The notes: generated from the sequence alone by a model not told the origin. 63,937 nucleotides of DNA, filler included, from Vicugna vicugna (GCA_013265495.1; 76 parts of 74 records of this genome joined end to end with filler, not necessarily neighbours in it), one strand, 5' to 3'. Shown: positions 26,398 through 39,094, counted from the first letter of the whole stretch. Numbers and translations are program-made.

Positions 26398-26960
26398 TTG
26401 TTAGCTTAGTGGTCACCTAATAACTTCACACATTTTACTTAAGTGCTATGTTCCAATAAGTCTCCTGGATATTGCTGAGGAGTTTTATGTGCATGTTAGA
26501 CACATCTTTAATGCTCCTTCAGTTTACAGCTATGCTTCATCTCTCACTTTGGGGTTTCAATATCAGCCAGAAGTGAGATATTAAGACCTTCTCAGTTCCT
26601 CCTGGGCTTAAAAACTGCACAATACATCACCAACATGACCTTCCACATTCTCAGGAATATATCAGAGCTATTTAAAACCCCCATGGATGTCCTATTTTAC
26701 AATTTTTCCTTTTAAGTCTTTTGGTCTTCTTCCCATTTGCCCCAGTTGTTGTTATTGTCTCAAGCAGTTTTGGTACTAAACAATTATGGCTGATGATTTT
26801 TAACATGTGTCCTGGGGTAAAAATTTCCACTCTACATTCTGACTCATATCAAATAAAAAGCAGCTATTGAATTTGGGCTCACAGGGGGCTGCCATGCCAA
26901 ATAATAATAAAATATCTGTAGGAATGAGGCTCTATGGGGTAGTCCAAATCTATTCTACAC
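26398..26960 (-). mobile_element. Old L1M (L1MD/L1M4-like) 5' region fragment
   Basis: ttagcttagtggtcacctaat...ccaataagtctcc...tcagccagaagtgagatattaagaccttctcag...caggaatatatcagagct resembles antisense L1M 5' ends. Confidence 0.6.
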
Positions 26961-28189
26961 TATTGGGACACCAACTTCAGGACGTGCTTCATATTTGTTT
27001 ATATTTAAATAGATACAGAAAAGTACTTAAAGAATATTATCCTATTAATGCAGTGAACAGAGGGTAGCTATTTTAAGATTGTAAATCATATATAACTTTC
27101 TGCAAATGTTAAATGTGCTAGAAAATTTTATATGGGTTTTCTTGGTATTACTNNNNNNNNNNNNNNNNNNNNNNNNNNNNNNNNNNNNNNNNNNNNTTAA
27201 TTAATTAANNNNNNNNNNNNNNNNNNNNNNNNNNNNNNNNNNNNNNNNNNNNATGAGACTACAAAGTTCTAAAAGTCCTATAAATTTCTCCCAAAAGAAA
27301 AAATTTCTTCCTTTCAATGACCTTCATTTGACTTAATTAGAAAAATAATTTTTTCCAAGGCTTTTTTCGTGTGTGTTAAAATACCAAATGATATGCTGCC
27401 TTCAGAATGTTGTTGTTATTATTAATGCTGATAATAGCCCCAATAAGACATATTTACAAATATGACTCATTTTGGAATAACAGGTCATTGGCTTAAAGTC
27501 CTTTTGAAAATAAGCAGAATAAACGAATGTAATTTCTACACCAGGGACAGCAGCTGCACCCTTAATGGAACCTGGTCACTAAACACAATAAAATCAAAGA
27601 TGAAACTCAAATCAGACCCCAGGCCACAAACATAGCTGACTGAAGATGCCACAAGATGAGCTTTCATTCACCAAGGGAACCAGATGTGTTTCCATATACA
27701 ATATATATTTTTAAAACCAATTATTTTATATATAGAATGTAATTTAGGAGAAAGAAAACTCCCTCTATCTGTAGACTTATAAACAGGAAGCACAAAGGGT
27801 GCCTTTGCAGACATGAACCCGCATGCATAAATGCGAAGCCTATAATCCTTTCCTCTCAGCTTAAATATAAATAAATAAATAAAACTAATTCAAGGCAGTT
27901 ATGAGCTGAAATGGCTCAGATACAAAACATGCACATCATCAGCCTTCTAGTAGTTAAAAGTGTGCCATGCATAATAGAAAAGATGAAGTTTCCTATGGAN
28001 NNNNNNNNNNNNNNNNNNNNNNNNNNNNNNNNNNNNNNNNNNNTTAATTAATTAANNNNNNNNNNNNNNNNNNNNNNNNNNNNNNNNNNNNNNNNNNNNG
28101 CGGGGAGAGACCTTCGGAAAAAATTGTGGTCATCCAGGGAGACACTAAAAAGGCCTGGAGAGGCATTATCCCTTCTGGCATTTAGCATA

Positions 28190-28290
28190 CTCATTCATTC
28201 ATTCATTCATTCAAGAAGTATTTACCAAGTCCCTAACATGTCTCAGGCAATATCTTAAGCATTAGGAATTATTCCTGAGAACAAGAGGGG
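28190..28290 (-). mobile_element. L2 3' end with (TTCA)n tail
   Basis: cattcattcattcattcattcaagaagtatttaccaagtccctaacatgtctcaggca. Confidence 0.7.
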
Positions 28291-28374
28291 TATTTACAAT
28301 ATTGTTTTGTTATTTAACTGCTCTGATCAACTTGCTCCTTGGCCTTGCTTCTATACATTTTGCTCAATAAACAG

Positions 28375-28403
28375 GAATTGAATTGAATTGAATTGAATTG
28401 AAA
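28375..28403. repeat. (GAATT)n microsatellite
   Basis: gaattgaattgaattgaattgaattgaa. Confidence 0.9.
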
Positions 28404-28609
28404 TAATACAAGAATTGTGATAAACCCCACAGCTCTCCACATAAATTAAGACCTGGATCATAGAGATAGAGAAAATAGGTTATGAAAGGCAACAGAACAG
28501 TCAAATCTCNNNNNNNNNNNNNNNNNNNNNNNNNNNNNNNNNNNNNNNNNNNNTTAATTAATTAANNNNNNNNNNNNNNNNNNNNNNNNNNNNNNNNNNN
28601 NNNNNNNNN

Positions 28610-28690
28610 TGTGACGTGCGTGACGTGCGTGACGGAGCTTCCTGGCCGACGGTCCCTGGTGACAAAGTGGCCGGCTCGGGGGTGAGCAGA
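28610..28690 (+). promoter_or_regulatory. Putative promoter/first exon with tandem GTGACGTGC (CRE/ATF-like) motifs
   Basis: tgtgacgtgcgtgacgtgcgtgacg in a CpG-rich context, with a donor-like gg|gtgagc at 28682. Confidence 0.4.
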
Positions 28691-29679
28691 TGTAGGGGAC
28701 GCTGTTGGAGGAAGCAGTCATCATTTTGTTATTTAATTTTTTTTTTGCGTTCAACTTCCCCATGCCATTTACTTTACTTTGCCTTCATAAAGGGGCAGAA
28801 TTGGGTCTAAAATCCATGCCACTCTTTTGTTCCTTTTNNNNNNNNNNNNNNNNNNNNNNNNNNNNNNNNNNNNNNNNNNNNTTAATTAATTAANNNNNNN
28901 NNNNNNNNNNNNNNNNNNNNNNNNNNNNNNNNNNNNNGTGTTCACAGCCTTGCATGTGAATTAGATCATCTCGAGAGGTACAGACTTAGGCTGAGGGAGG
29001 GCAGGGCTGTGCCTGTGTTGGAGGAAAGCCCAAGCCATGCAGCTATGGTGTGTCAGTCAGCAGCGTTTGCGATTTTCAGACAAAAGCCATTTATCTTTAA
29101 GGGGCCAGGGGGAGGGCAGGGCCAGCCAGGAAGAAATCTGAAGGGAGGGTCGTGGCCACGTGTGTGTCTTGGGAAGCTGCAGAGGCTGCAGGGTCTGGGA
29201 GGGGAGAATCCTCAGAAGCTGGAGTCGGAGTGGGGTGAAGGTAGTCACACTCACCTGTGAGGGGGGGAGTCCTTGGGAGTCCCCACCCTACCGGACTCGC
29301 TTTCCCATGAACAGAAGCAATCATGCAGAGTTTCTGAGGTGAGAAAGGATGGGCGCTGGGAGGGGAGCCAACCTGGAGAATGGTGCTTGGAAATTTCTGG
29401 AATAGTCTCATTGAAAAATACAGTTAAAAATACCCAGACTTTTAAGAACATTGATAGTGACTGGGGACGAGGCAGTTTTTCTGGCCTCCTAAGCGTAAGG
29501 CATGTATCCGGGGATACATAGAAGATACGGGCAGTCTGTTCGGGGGCTTGATCCTTACTGGGGGAACAGTGCAACTTTAAAGGGGAAGAAGGTCAGCGGA
29601 GATAAACTAGCCAGGCCCTGTGTCAGGTACCAGTCGGCCGCCCTACTTGCGTGTTGTATTCACATCCATGCCTCCCAGG

Positions 29680-29789
29680 TGGGCGGTGGCAGCCCACTTT
29701 TGAGGATTGGGAAACCTTCTCAGAGGGGTTAAGTAATTGGTTCATTTAGAGGCTAGTAAATGCTGTAGCAGGATTCAAGCAGGGCCTTG
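29680..29789 (-). mobile_element. MIR fragment
   Basis: cccacttttgaggattgggaaaccttctcagaggggttaagtaattgg...gctagtaaatgctgtagcaggattcaag. Confidence 0.65.
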
Positions 29790-29889
29790 NNNNNNNNNNN
29801 NNNNNNNNNNNNNNNNNNNNNNNNNNNNNNNNNTTAATTAATTAANNNNNNNNNNNNNNNNNNNNNNNNNNNNNNNNNNNNNNNNNNNN

Positions 29890-31004
29890 GAAAACCCTCT
29901 AGGGAGACCAGCTTTGGCATTCCGTTAGAACACAGGCGCTGCTGACCGTTGTTTTAACCTCACAACGCTCAGGATTCCGGAACCATTGTCAGTGCGTGGG
30001 GGAGCTCGAGAGACAACTCCACGCAGCTCACTTCAGTCACAGGTGTTCCCTGTTCGGGGAAGTCCGAGAAATAACTTCCCTGACCTNNNNNNNNNNNNNN
30101 NNNNNNNNNNNNNNNNNNNNNNNNNNNNNNNNNNNNNNNNNNNNNNNNNNNNNNNNNNNNNNNNNNNNNNNNNNNNNNNNNNNNNNNNNNNNNNNNNNNN
30201 NNNNNNNNNNNNNNNNNNNNNNNNNNNNNNNNNNNNNNNNNNNNNNNNNNNNNNNNNNNNNNNNNNNNNNNNNNNNNNNNNNNNNNNNNNNNNNNNNNNN
30301 NNNNNNGGGGAAGTCCGAGAAATAACTTCCCTGACCTTGGGGAGGCAGCCTCTGTTACTGGGATATCCTGCAAACCCCCTAGCATTCCCTGCACAGAGAC
30401 ATTACGAAAACACTCAGGGGAGACGAGCTTAGACTTTCCGTTAGAACCCACGCGCTGCAGACGTTTGGTTTAACCTCCCCACGCTCAGGATTCCGGAACC
30501 ATTGTCAGTGTGTGTGGGAGCTCGAGAGACAACTCCACGCAGATCTCGTCAGTCACAGGTGTCCCTGTTCGGGGAAGTCCGTGAAAAAAGTTCCCTGATG
30601 TTGGGGAGGCAGAATATGACACTGGGATATTCTGCAAACCCCCCTAGCATTCCCTGCACAGAGACATTACGAAAACACTCAGGGTAGACGAGCTAAGGCA
30701 TTCCGTTAGAACACACGCGGTGCCGACCGTTGGAGGAACCTCCCCATGCTCAGGATTCCGGAACCATTGTCAGTGCGTGGGGGAGCTCGAGAGACAACTC
30801 CACGCAGATCTCGTCAGTCACAGGTGTCCCTGTTCGGGGAAATGCGAGAAATACCTTCCCTGACCTTGGGGGGGCAGCTTCTGTCACTGGGATATCCTGC
30901 AAACCCCCTAGCATTCCCTGCACAGAGACATTATGAAAACACTCAGGGTAGACGAGCTAAGGCATTCCGTTAGAACACACGCGGTGCCGACCGTTGGAGG
31001 AACC
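29890..31004. repeat. Satellite family A (264-265-bp variant monomers)
   Basis: Landmarks at 30311, 30575 and 30840. Confidence 0.95.
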
Positions 31005-31104
31005 NNNNNNNNNNNNNNNNNNNNNNNNNNNNNNNNNNNNNNNNNNNNTTAATTAATTAANNNNNNNNNNNNNNNNNNNNNNNNNNNNNNNNNNNNNNNN
31101 NNNN

Positions 31105-32030
31105 TGGAGGTGGGGAAACAGAGTCCACGCATTTTTGGGGGGGGCACAGATGTTCCAAATATGGGGATGTATTTTAAACACTTCCAATGCCCATAGAGAG
31201 GCACTCGCTATTACTAGTCTTTAGTGCCCAACACCCACCTTCGCTCACAGCCTGGCCAAAGGAAACACTGAGGGAAAGCAAGCCAAGTGATATTATATGA
31301 TCCCAGTTGCTGCTGTCATTTGGAAGTGCCTACCCACACTCAGTATACCAGAACTGTTCTTCGTGGGTGTGCTGGAGTTGGGGAAAGAGGGAGACCACTG
31401 TATGGGGGGCAGGTGTTTAAAGTTTAGGGATGTAGTTTTAAAATCTCCATGCCAATAGAGAATCACTCGCTAAAATCTAGCTATAGAGACCATACACCAC
31501 AATAGATCAAAGCCTGTCCTATGTAAATACTCAGGGATCACAAGCTAAGGGATTTTAATAGAACCCAGGTGCTGCTGTCATCTGGAGTAGTCTCCCCATG
31601 CTCAGGATTCCAGAAAGCTTCTTCGTGTATGTACTGTTGGTGGAGAAATAGTGTCCACGCATATTCAAGGGGGCAAAGGTTTTCCCTTGTTGGGGGTTGT
31701 TGGTTAATCATCTCCAATTCCCATGGAGAGGCACTCATTATTACTTGGATTTAGAGAACAAATCCCACTTTGAACCGCACTCCAGCTAATGCAATCCATC
31801 AGGGAAGAGAAGCTTAAGGATTCTACTAGAACACTGGCACTGATGTAAGCTGGAGGAACTTTCCCACTCTCATATTCCGGTAGCCAGATTTGTGGGGGGA
31901 GGAATTTGTGTATCCGCACTCCACGTAGATGGATTTGGGCGCAGGTGTACACCTTTAGGGAGAATTCATCTGAATACTTCCTCAGTCCATCGTGGGCACT
32001 CGCTACAATTTGGCCTCAAAGCCCAACCCC
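31105..32030. repeat. Satellite family D (reverse orientation)
   Basis: cactcgcta/cactcatta landmarks near 31202, 31464, 31732 and 31998. Confidence 0.9.
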
Positions 32031-32130
32031 NNNNNNNNNNNNNNNNNNNNNNNNNNNNNNNNNNNNNNNNNNNNTTAATTAATTAANNNNNNNNNNNNNN
32101 NNNNNNNNNNNNNNNNNNNNNNNNNNNNNN

Positions 32131-33280
32131 TCCCTAGGACTGACTCTGAGAGAAACCTGGGGGTTGGACTTTGAGCTCAAATTGTAGCGAGTACCCCCCG
32201 ATGGTCTGAGGAAGTATTTAGATGAATTCTCCATAAAGGGAAACACCTGAGCACCCATTCATCTGCGTGGAGTGGGGCTTCAATCCTCCCGACTACACAA
32301 GGTTCTTTTCCAGTATCCTGACGGTGGGGTAGTTCCTCCAACTGACATCAGCTTCTTGGTTTTAGTAGAATCCCTTTGCTTGTCTTCCCTGATGGTTTGC
32401 CTAGGCCAGTGTGTGGTTGAAAGTGGGATTTGGGNNNNNNNNNNNNNNNNNNNNNNNNNNNNNNNNNNNNNNNNNNNNNNNNNNNNNNNNNNNNNNNNNN
32501 NNNNNNNNNNNNNNNNNNNNNNNNNNNNNNNNNNNNNNNNNNNNNNNNNNNNNNNNNNNNNNNNNNNNNNNNNNNNNNNNNNNNNNNNNNNNNNNNNNNN
32601 NNNNNNNNNNNNNNNNNNNNNNNNNNNNNNNNNNNNNNNNNNNNNNNNNNNNNNNNNNNNNNNNNNNNNNNNNNNNNNNNNNNNNNNNNNNNNNNNNNNN
32701 NNNNNNNNNNNNNNNNNNNNNNNNNNNNNNNNNNNNNNNNNNNNNNNNNNNNNNNNNNNNNNNNNNNNNNNNNNNNNNNNNNNNNNNNNNNNNNNNNNNN
32801 NNNNNNNNNNNNNNNNNNNNNNNNNNNNNNNNNNNNNNNNNNNNNNNNNNNNNNNNNNNNNNNNNNNNNNNNNNNNNNNNNNNNNNNNNNNNNNNNNNNN
32901 NNNNNNNNNNNNNNNNNNNNNNNNNNNNNNNNNNNNNNNNNNNNNNNNNNNNNNNNNNNNNNNNNNNNNNNNNNNNNNNNNNNNNNNNNNNNNNNNNNNN
33001 NNNNNNNNNNNNNNNNNNNNNNNNNNNNNNNNNNNNNNNNNNACTCTGTTTCCCCACCTCCAGCACACACATGAAGAATTGTTCTGTTATCCTGAGTGTG
33101 GGGAGGCACCTCCCACTGACAGCAGCATCTGGGATCTAATAGGTTCCCTTAGGTTATCTTCCCTGAGTGTTTTCCAACGACGGGATGTGAGAGAAGATGG
33201 GGTTTGGGCTCTAAAGCCAAGTATCAGGGAGTGAATCTCAATGGGCAGTGGAGGTGTTTAAAGTACATTCCCTCCCTGGG
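32131..33280. repeat. Satellite family D
   Basis: 32131-32415 is near-colinear with 221-500. Confidence 0.9.
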
Positions 33281-33380
33281 NNNNNNNNNNNNNNNNNNNN
33301 NNNNNNNNNNNNNNNNNNNNNNNNTTAATTAATTAANNNNNNNNNNNNNNNNNNNNNNNNNNNNNNNNNNNNNNNNNNNN

Positions 33381-33909
33381 TGGTGTTAGAAAAATCTATG
33401 AAGTCAGAGTAAATAATTCTAAGTGAATATTCGCATTGTTTGGAGGGTGAAAGAACTGTAATCCACATGCTCACAAGTCAGAAATGCATGATTGCCAAGT
33501 CCGTCATACATGTAGCATGTACGGAACCCGGAATGCCACGTTGTTGGAATACATGTAAATTACATATCTGTTAGGTGGAAATAGTTCCAGAACATATTTT
33601 TTTGTGAAAAATACACGAATTCGAACCTGGTTTTAGGGAAAGCTTGTGAAAATGTGTACACGTGTCAAGATGATTATATTCCTTTTATAGAGGAGGAAAG
33701 ATTTGTAATCCAGATGACCTCAACTCAAGAACGTATATTTGTCGAATCCGTCATTTAAGTAGCATGTATGGAACACGGAATATCATGTTAATGGAATTTA
33801 TTCAAATTACATATCTTTAGGGAAGAATTCGCTTCAACAGGGTTTTTGTGGGATCAAAGTGTGTTTCTTGAAACTTGTGATAGGAAGAAGCTACGAAGAC
33901 AAAGTAAAT
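33381..33909. repeat. Satellite family E (reverse orientation)
   Basis: aatcca landmarks at 33460 and 33707 give period 247. Confidence 0.9.
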
Positions 33910-34009
33910 NNNNNNNNNNNNNNNNNNNNNNNNNNNNNNNNNNNNNNNNNNNNTTAATTAATTAANNNNNNNNNNNNNNNNNNNNNNNNNNNNNNNNNNN
34001 NNNNNNNNN

Positions 34010-34599
34010 CTGGGGCTCTTCAAAACCCGGGTAAGGCCCCGCTTCACCTAAGATGGGTTCTCCACCTGCCCTTCCCGGGGGGTTCTGGGAGGACACAGCC
34101 ACCAAGGGAGACCCAGACTCGCGGCTCCAGCCCCAGGGCCTAAGGGGGAGGAAAGCTTGAGGCTGTGCCCAAGCCCTGCCCCGCCCCCCCCCCAAATGCT
34201 CCCTGGCACCACAGCCCTCCCCGGCCACCACCCCAACCCCGATCCCACCGCGGTTCATGTAGACGGCGCGGACGTACTTTTACCTTCTGTGGGACGCCGC
34301 CCCAGACAGGATGTTGGCCGCCTACTGACCAGGTCAGAACTAGTCGCCCGGCCAAGCAAGCCGCCAACCCCAGCAGCAAGCACCGCCATGGTCCCTGGCA
34401 GCTACACACCTCCGGAGCCCGCTCCCCGCCCCAGAAGCGCACTGTGGCCCTTGCTGAGCACGGCGCCTGTAACCATGGCAACGCCGCGGGGCCCTCCCCT
34501 ATCGCTTGCGTCGTGCGTCCTCCCAAGTCTAGATGTGCGAGGGCAGAACTTGCAGAGCCAATGGGAGCCAGGGCGCGGCCAGAACTTCGGTGGGGGGAG
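34010..34599. promoter_or_regulatory. CpG-rich promoter fragment with RFX X-box (34469-34482) and CCAAT box (near 34558)
   Basis: GC/CpG-rich. GTAACCATGGCAAC fits the X-box consensus GTNRCC-N2-RGYAAC. Also gagccaatgg, and a candidate minus-strand first exon 34389-34284 ending gaag|gtaaaa. Confidence 0.65.
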
Positions 34600-34699
34600 N
34601 NNNNNNNNNNNNNNNNNNNNNNNNNNNNNNNNNNNNNNNNNNNTTAATTAATTAANNNNNNNNNNNNNNNNNNNNNNNNNNNNNNNNNNNNNNNNNNNN

Positions 34700-36771
34700 T
34701 GCCAGGGAATGCCAGGGGTGATTACAGGATATCCCAGGGACCGATGCTGCCTTCCCAAGCTCAGGGAAGTTTTTTCTCCGACTTCCCCGAACAGGGAACT
34801 CCTGTGACTGAAGAGAGCTTCGTGGAGTTGTCTCTCGAGCTCCCCCACGCACTGACAACGGTTCCGGAATCCTGAGCGTGGGGAGGTTCCACCAACGGTC
34901 GGCAGCGCGTGGGTTGTAANNNNNNNNNNNNNNNNNNNNNNNNNNNNNNNNNNNNNNNNNNNNNNNNNNNNNNNNNNNNNNNNNNNNNNNNNNNNNNNNN
35001 NNNNNNNNNNNNNNNNNNNNNNNNNNNNNNNNNNNNNNNNNNNNNNNNNNNNNNNNNNNNNNNNNNNNNNNNNNNNNNNNNNNNNNNNNNNNNNNNNNNN
35101 NNNNNNNNNNNNNNNNNNNNNNNNNNNNNNNNNNNNNNNNNNNNNNNNNNNNNNNNNNNNNNNNNNNNNNNNNNNNNNNNNNNNNNNNNNNNNNNNNNNN
35201 NNNNNNNNNNNNNNNNNNNNNNNNNNNNNNNNNNNNNNNNNNNNNNNNNNNNNNNNNNNNNNNNNNNNNNNNNNNNNNNGTCAGGGAAGGTATTTCTCGG
35301 ACTTCCCCGAAAAGGGAACTCCTGTGACTGAAGAGAGCTGCGTGGAGTTGTCTCTCGAGCTCCCCCATGCACGGAAAACGGTTCCGGAATCCTGAGCGAG
35401 GGGATGTTACACCAACGGTTGGCAGCACGTGGGTTCTAACGGAATGACTAAGCTCGTCTCCCATGATTGTTTTCCTAATGTCTCTGTGCCAGGGAATGCT
35501 AGGGGTGATTGCAGGATATCCCAGTGACCGAGGCTGCCTCCCCAAGGTCAGGGAAGGTATTTCTCGTAATTCCCAGAAAAGGGAACTCCTGTGACTGAAG
35601 GGAGATGCGTGGAGTTGTCTCTCGCGCTCCCCCACGCACTGACAACGGTTCCGTAATCCTGAGCGTGGGGAGGTTCCTCCAACTGTCGGCAGCGCGTGGG
35701 TCCTAACTGAATGCTTAATCTCGACTCCCCTGAGGGTTTTCCTAATGTCTCTTTGCCAGGGAATGCTAGGGGTGATTGCAGGATATCCCAGTGACCGAGG
35801 CTGCCTCCCCAAGGTCAGGGAAGTTATTTCTCGGACTTCCCCGAAAAGGGAACTCCTGTGACTGAAGAGAGCTGCGTGGAGTTGTCTCNNNNNNNNNNNN
35901 NNNNNNNNNNNNNNNNNNNNNNNNNNNNNNNNNNNNNNNNNNNNNNNNNNNNNNNNNNNNNNNNNNNNNNNNNNNNNNNNNNNNNNNNNNNNNNNNNNNN
36001 NNNNNNNNNNNNNNNNNNNNNNNNNNNNNNNNNNNNNNNNNNNNNNNNNNNNNNNNNNNNNNNNNNNNNNNNNNNNNNNNNNNNNNNNNNNNNNNNNNNN
36101 NNNNNNNNNNNNNNNNNNNNNNNNNNNNNNNNNNNNNNNNNNNNNNNNNNNNNNNNNNNNNNNNNNNNNNNNNNNNNNNNNNNNNNNNNNNNNNNNNNNN
36201 NNNNNNNNNNNNNNNNNNNNNNNNNNNNNNNNNNNNNNNNNNNNNNNNNNNNNNNNNNNNNNNNNNNNNNNNNNNNNNNNNNNNNNNNNNNNNNNNNNNN
36301 NNNNNNNNNNNNNNNNNNNNNNNNNNNNNNNNNNNNNNNNNNNNNNNNNNNNNNNNNNNNNNNNNNNNNNNNNNNNNNNNNNNNNNNNNNNNNNNNNNNN
36401 NNNNNNNNNNNNNNNNNNNNNNNNNNNNNNNNNNNNNNNNNNNNNNNNNNNNNNNNNNNNNNNNNNNNNNNNNNNNNNNNNNNNNNNNNNNNNNNNNNNN
36501 NNNNNNNNNNNNNNNNNNNNNNNNNNNNNNNNNNNNNNNNNNNNNNNNNNNNNNNNNNNNNNNNNNNNNNNNNNNNNNNNNNNNNNNNNNNNNNNNNNNN
36601 NNNNNNNNNNNNNNNNNNNNNNNNTTTTCTTAATGTCTCTGTGCCAGGGAATGCTAGGGGTGATTGCAGGATATCCCAGTGACCGAGGCTGCCTCCCCAA
36701 GGTCAGGGAAGGTATTTCTCGTAATTCCCAGAAAAGGGAACTCCTGTGACTGAAGGGAGATGCGTGGAGTT
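34700..36771. repeat. Satellite family A
   Basis: tcagggaag at 35281, 35548 and 35815 gives period 267. Confidence 0.97.
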
Positions 36772-37217
36772 NNNNNNNNNNNNNNNNNNNNNNNNNNNNN
36801 NNNNNNNNNNNNNNNTTAATTAATTAANNNNNNNNNNNNNNNNNNNNNNNNNNNNNNNNNNNNNNNNNNNNCAAATAAAAGTAGCCAAGTGTTTACCACC
36901 ACAACTTAATAAATGCGCAGATATTGCTGACAGTGATTCAGTGTATCTGTGATTTGAACATCATGTGGTAAGAAGCAAGAGTTCTTCCTTTGCTTGGTTT
37001 GATGACTGACAAACACAACTGGTTTTAAATGATATAAAAACGCAAAGTACTACATGGTCAACAAATGTAATTTGGAGCTTAAGTTTGATGTCGGATTATG
37101 TTCTGGCAGTAGAGCTGCAATGACAAAACCAGTCTTGAGGCAGTTACACAGATTAAAGAATTTATCCCAAAAGAAGATCAGCACACGGCTTCATCCAGAA
37201 AGCCAAGCCTTGCTAAC

Positions 37218-37259
37218 CAAAAACAAAAACCAAAACCAAACCAAAACAGAACAAAAACA
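37218..37259. repeat. Imperfect (CAAAA)n-like microsatellite
   Basis: caaaaacaaaaaccaaaaccaaaccaaaacagaacaaaaac. Confidence 0.8.
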
Positions 37260-39094
37260 TGCCAGGCGAACTGAACAGTGTGCTTAGTGGGGTGGTAAAG
37301 AGCTTTTGACTTTGTAAAGGTTCATGTGTTAAATTTTGGGTTATCCAGTTCATCATGTGATAATACAGAAACTGACAATTAGCAACTGTTACTGCATGCT
37401 GAAGATGGTTAGGGAGGAAAGTTCTGTCGAGAATGTTTCAGCTACAGACCAATCTCAGAGCTTTGGCAAGAGAAGAGCCAGTCTGTTCCCAATATTTTAA
37501 GGATTTTTAAGCAAGCTTGATAAAAATAAAAATGACTATAAAATAATAGCTAATAAAAAGAAATAAATGGTTAGCCACACGTGTATGCAGTCTGCAGCAC
37601 GTGAGACACCCTGTGTGAGTTCCACGACACGCAAACTGGTCTACACTCTGCTCAGCAGGGCCAACTCACTGTCATGCTCTCGGATGTCGCAGTGCAGTGN
37701 NNNNNNNNNNNNNNNNNNNNNNNNNNNNNNNNNNNNNNNNNNNNNNNNNNNNNNNNNNNNNNNNNNNNNNNNNNNNNNNNNNNNNNNNNNNNNNNNNNNN
37801 NNNNNNNNNNNNNNNNNNNNNNNNNNNNNNNNNNNNNNNNNNNNNNNNNNNNNNNNNNNNNNNNNNNNNNNNTTTCTGAACCTAAGCGTCCGTCATTGTA
37901 AAGTACATCACTAGCTTATGTCCCATAAGAGACATTGTTAATTAAGCTGACAGACGACTCCTTATAAAACACACTTTGAACTTAAAGAAGGTAAGGTANN
38001 NNNNNNNNNNNNNNNNNNNNNNNNNNNNNNNNNNNNNNNNNNTTAATTAATTAANNNNNNNNNNNNNNNNNNNNNNNNNNNNNNNNNNNNNNNNNNNNTT
38101 AGAGTTGGAAAGGCATTGAGTGCCACCCTGAGGACGTAAACTTGTCTTTGGCTGGAACATAAAAGCAACATAAATTATTGATTATAAAGTATAGTGTAGA
38201 CTCTTGAGGGCAGTAAATGAAAGCACCAATTTGAATGCTTTGAAAACAGCACAAAGAAGACCATAGATAAAATTACTTCTTAAATTCTACCACATGCTGA
38301 ATGTGCCATCTGAGAATATATCATGTGATCTTTTTGATTCCAGGGATGACATAATAGAGACCATGATCCCTGGGCAGGCTGGTTCCTGCATTTATCTCCT
38401 GTTCCAAACTATCCTAACTTAACACTTTTCGTACTTTCAAGGATGGACCAGAAACCATTAAGTTCTTTTCCCTCTCTCCATGTTTTAGTCTTTTTCCAAA
38501 TTCTTCCATTTTTTCTTTTTCCTTACAAGAAATTATTTAAATTTACTCCCATAATGTTCCATAAAAACATCATGTCAACCAGATATCTCTTTCTCTCTTT
38601 AAATGGCAAGTTAGTATCCTGTTTACCTCTTTACAATATTTAAAAAAAATAAGGAAAATACAGGTACACATCTATGTTTATAGTTCAAATAAGAAAATTG
38701 CAGATATTTGTCAACATTGGCCAACATCAATTTTAATATATGTTTTCCTGCATAATCTGGTAGTCCTCTAGTATATCAGTTGTAATTAGGATGACTTTCA
38801 TAAACTAAAGATGTCTGATGAGTTGGCCTTCAAAGAGAGGTAGCTGAAGTATCAGCTATCACTGGCACTGGAAATCGTGGGTTGATCCGTGGTTGAAGTT
38901 TAGAAAACGAACTTCATTGGCAGATATGTTGCTATATCTATTTGGAAAGGTAGAAGTCTCCACCATCAGTCCAAAATAATTGCTCTGTATGGGANNNNNN
39001 NNNNNNNNNNNNNNNNNNNNNNNNNNNNNNNNNNNNNNTTAATTAATTAANNNNNNNNNNNNNNNNNNNNNNNNNNNNNNNNNNNNNNNNNNNN

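Noticed and set aside
30052..30068. CENP-B-box-like motif gttcggggaagtccgag in satellite A
   Set aside because: It matches only 7 of the 9 essential bases (TTCG....A..CGGG) and has CCGA instead of CGGG.
34652..36700. 682-aa ORF and other repetitive ORFs (e.g. LGYPAITPSIPW.RDIRKTLRG) in satellite A
   Set aside because: Mostly N. The 267-bp monomer is a multiple of 3, so a stop-poor frame simply repeats; other copies carry stops and indels.
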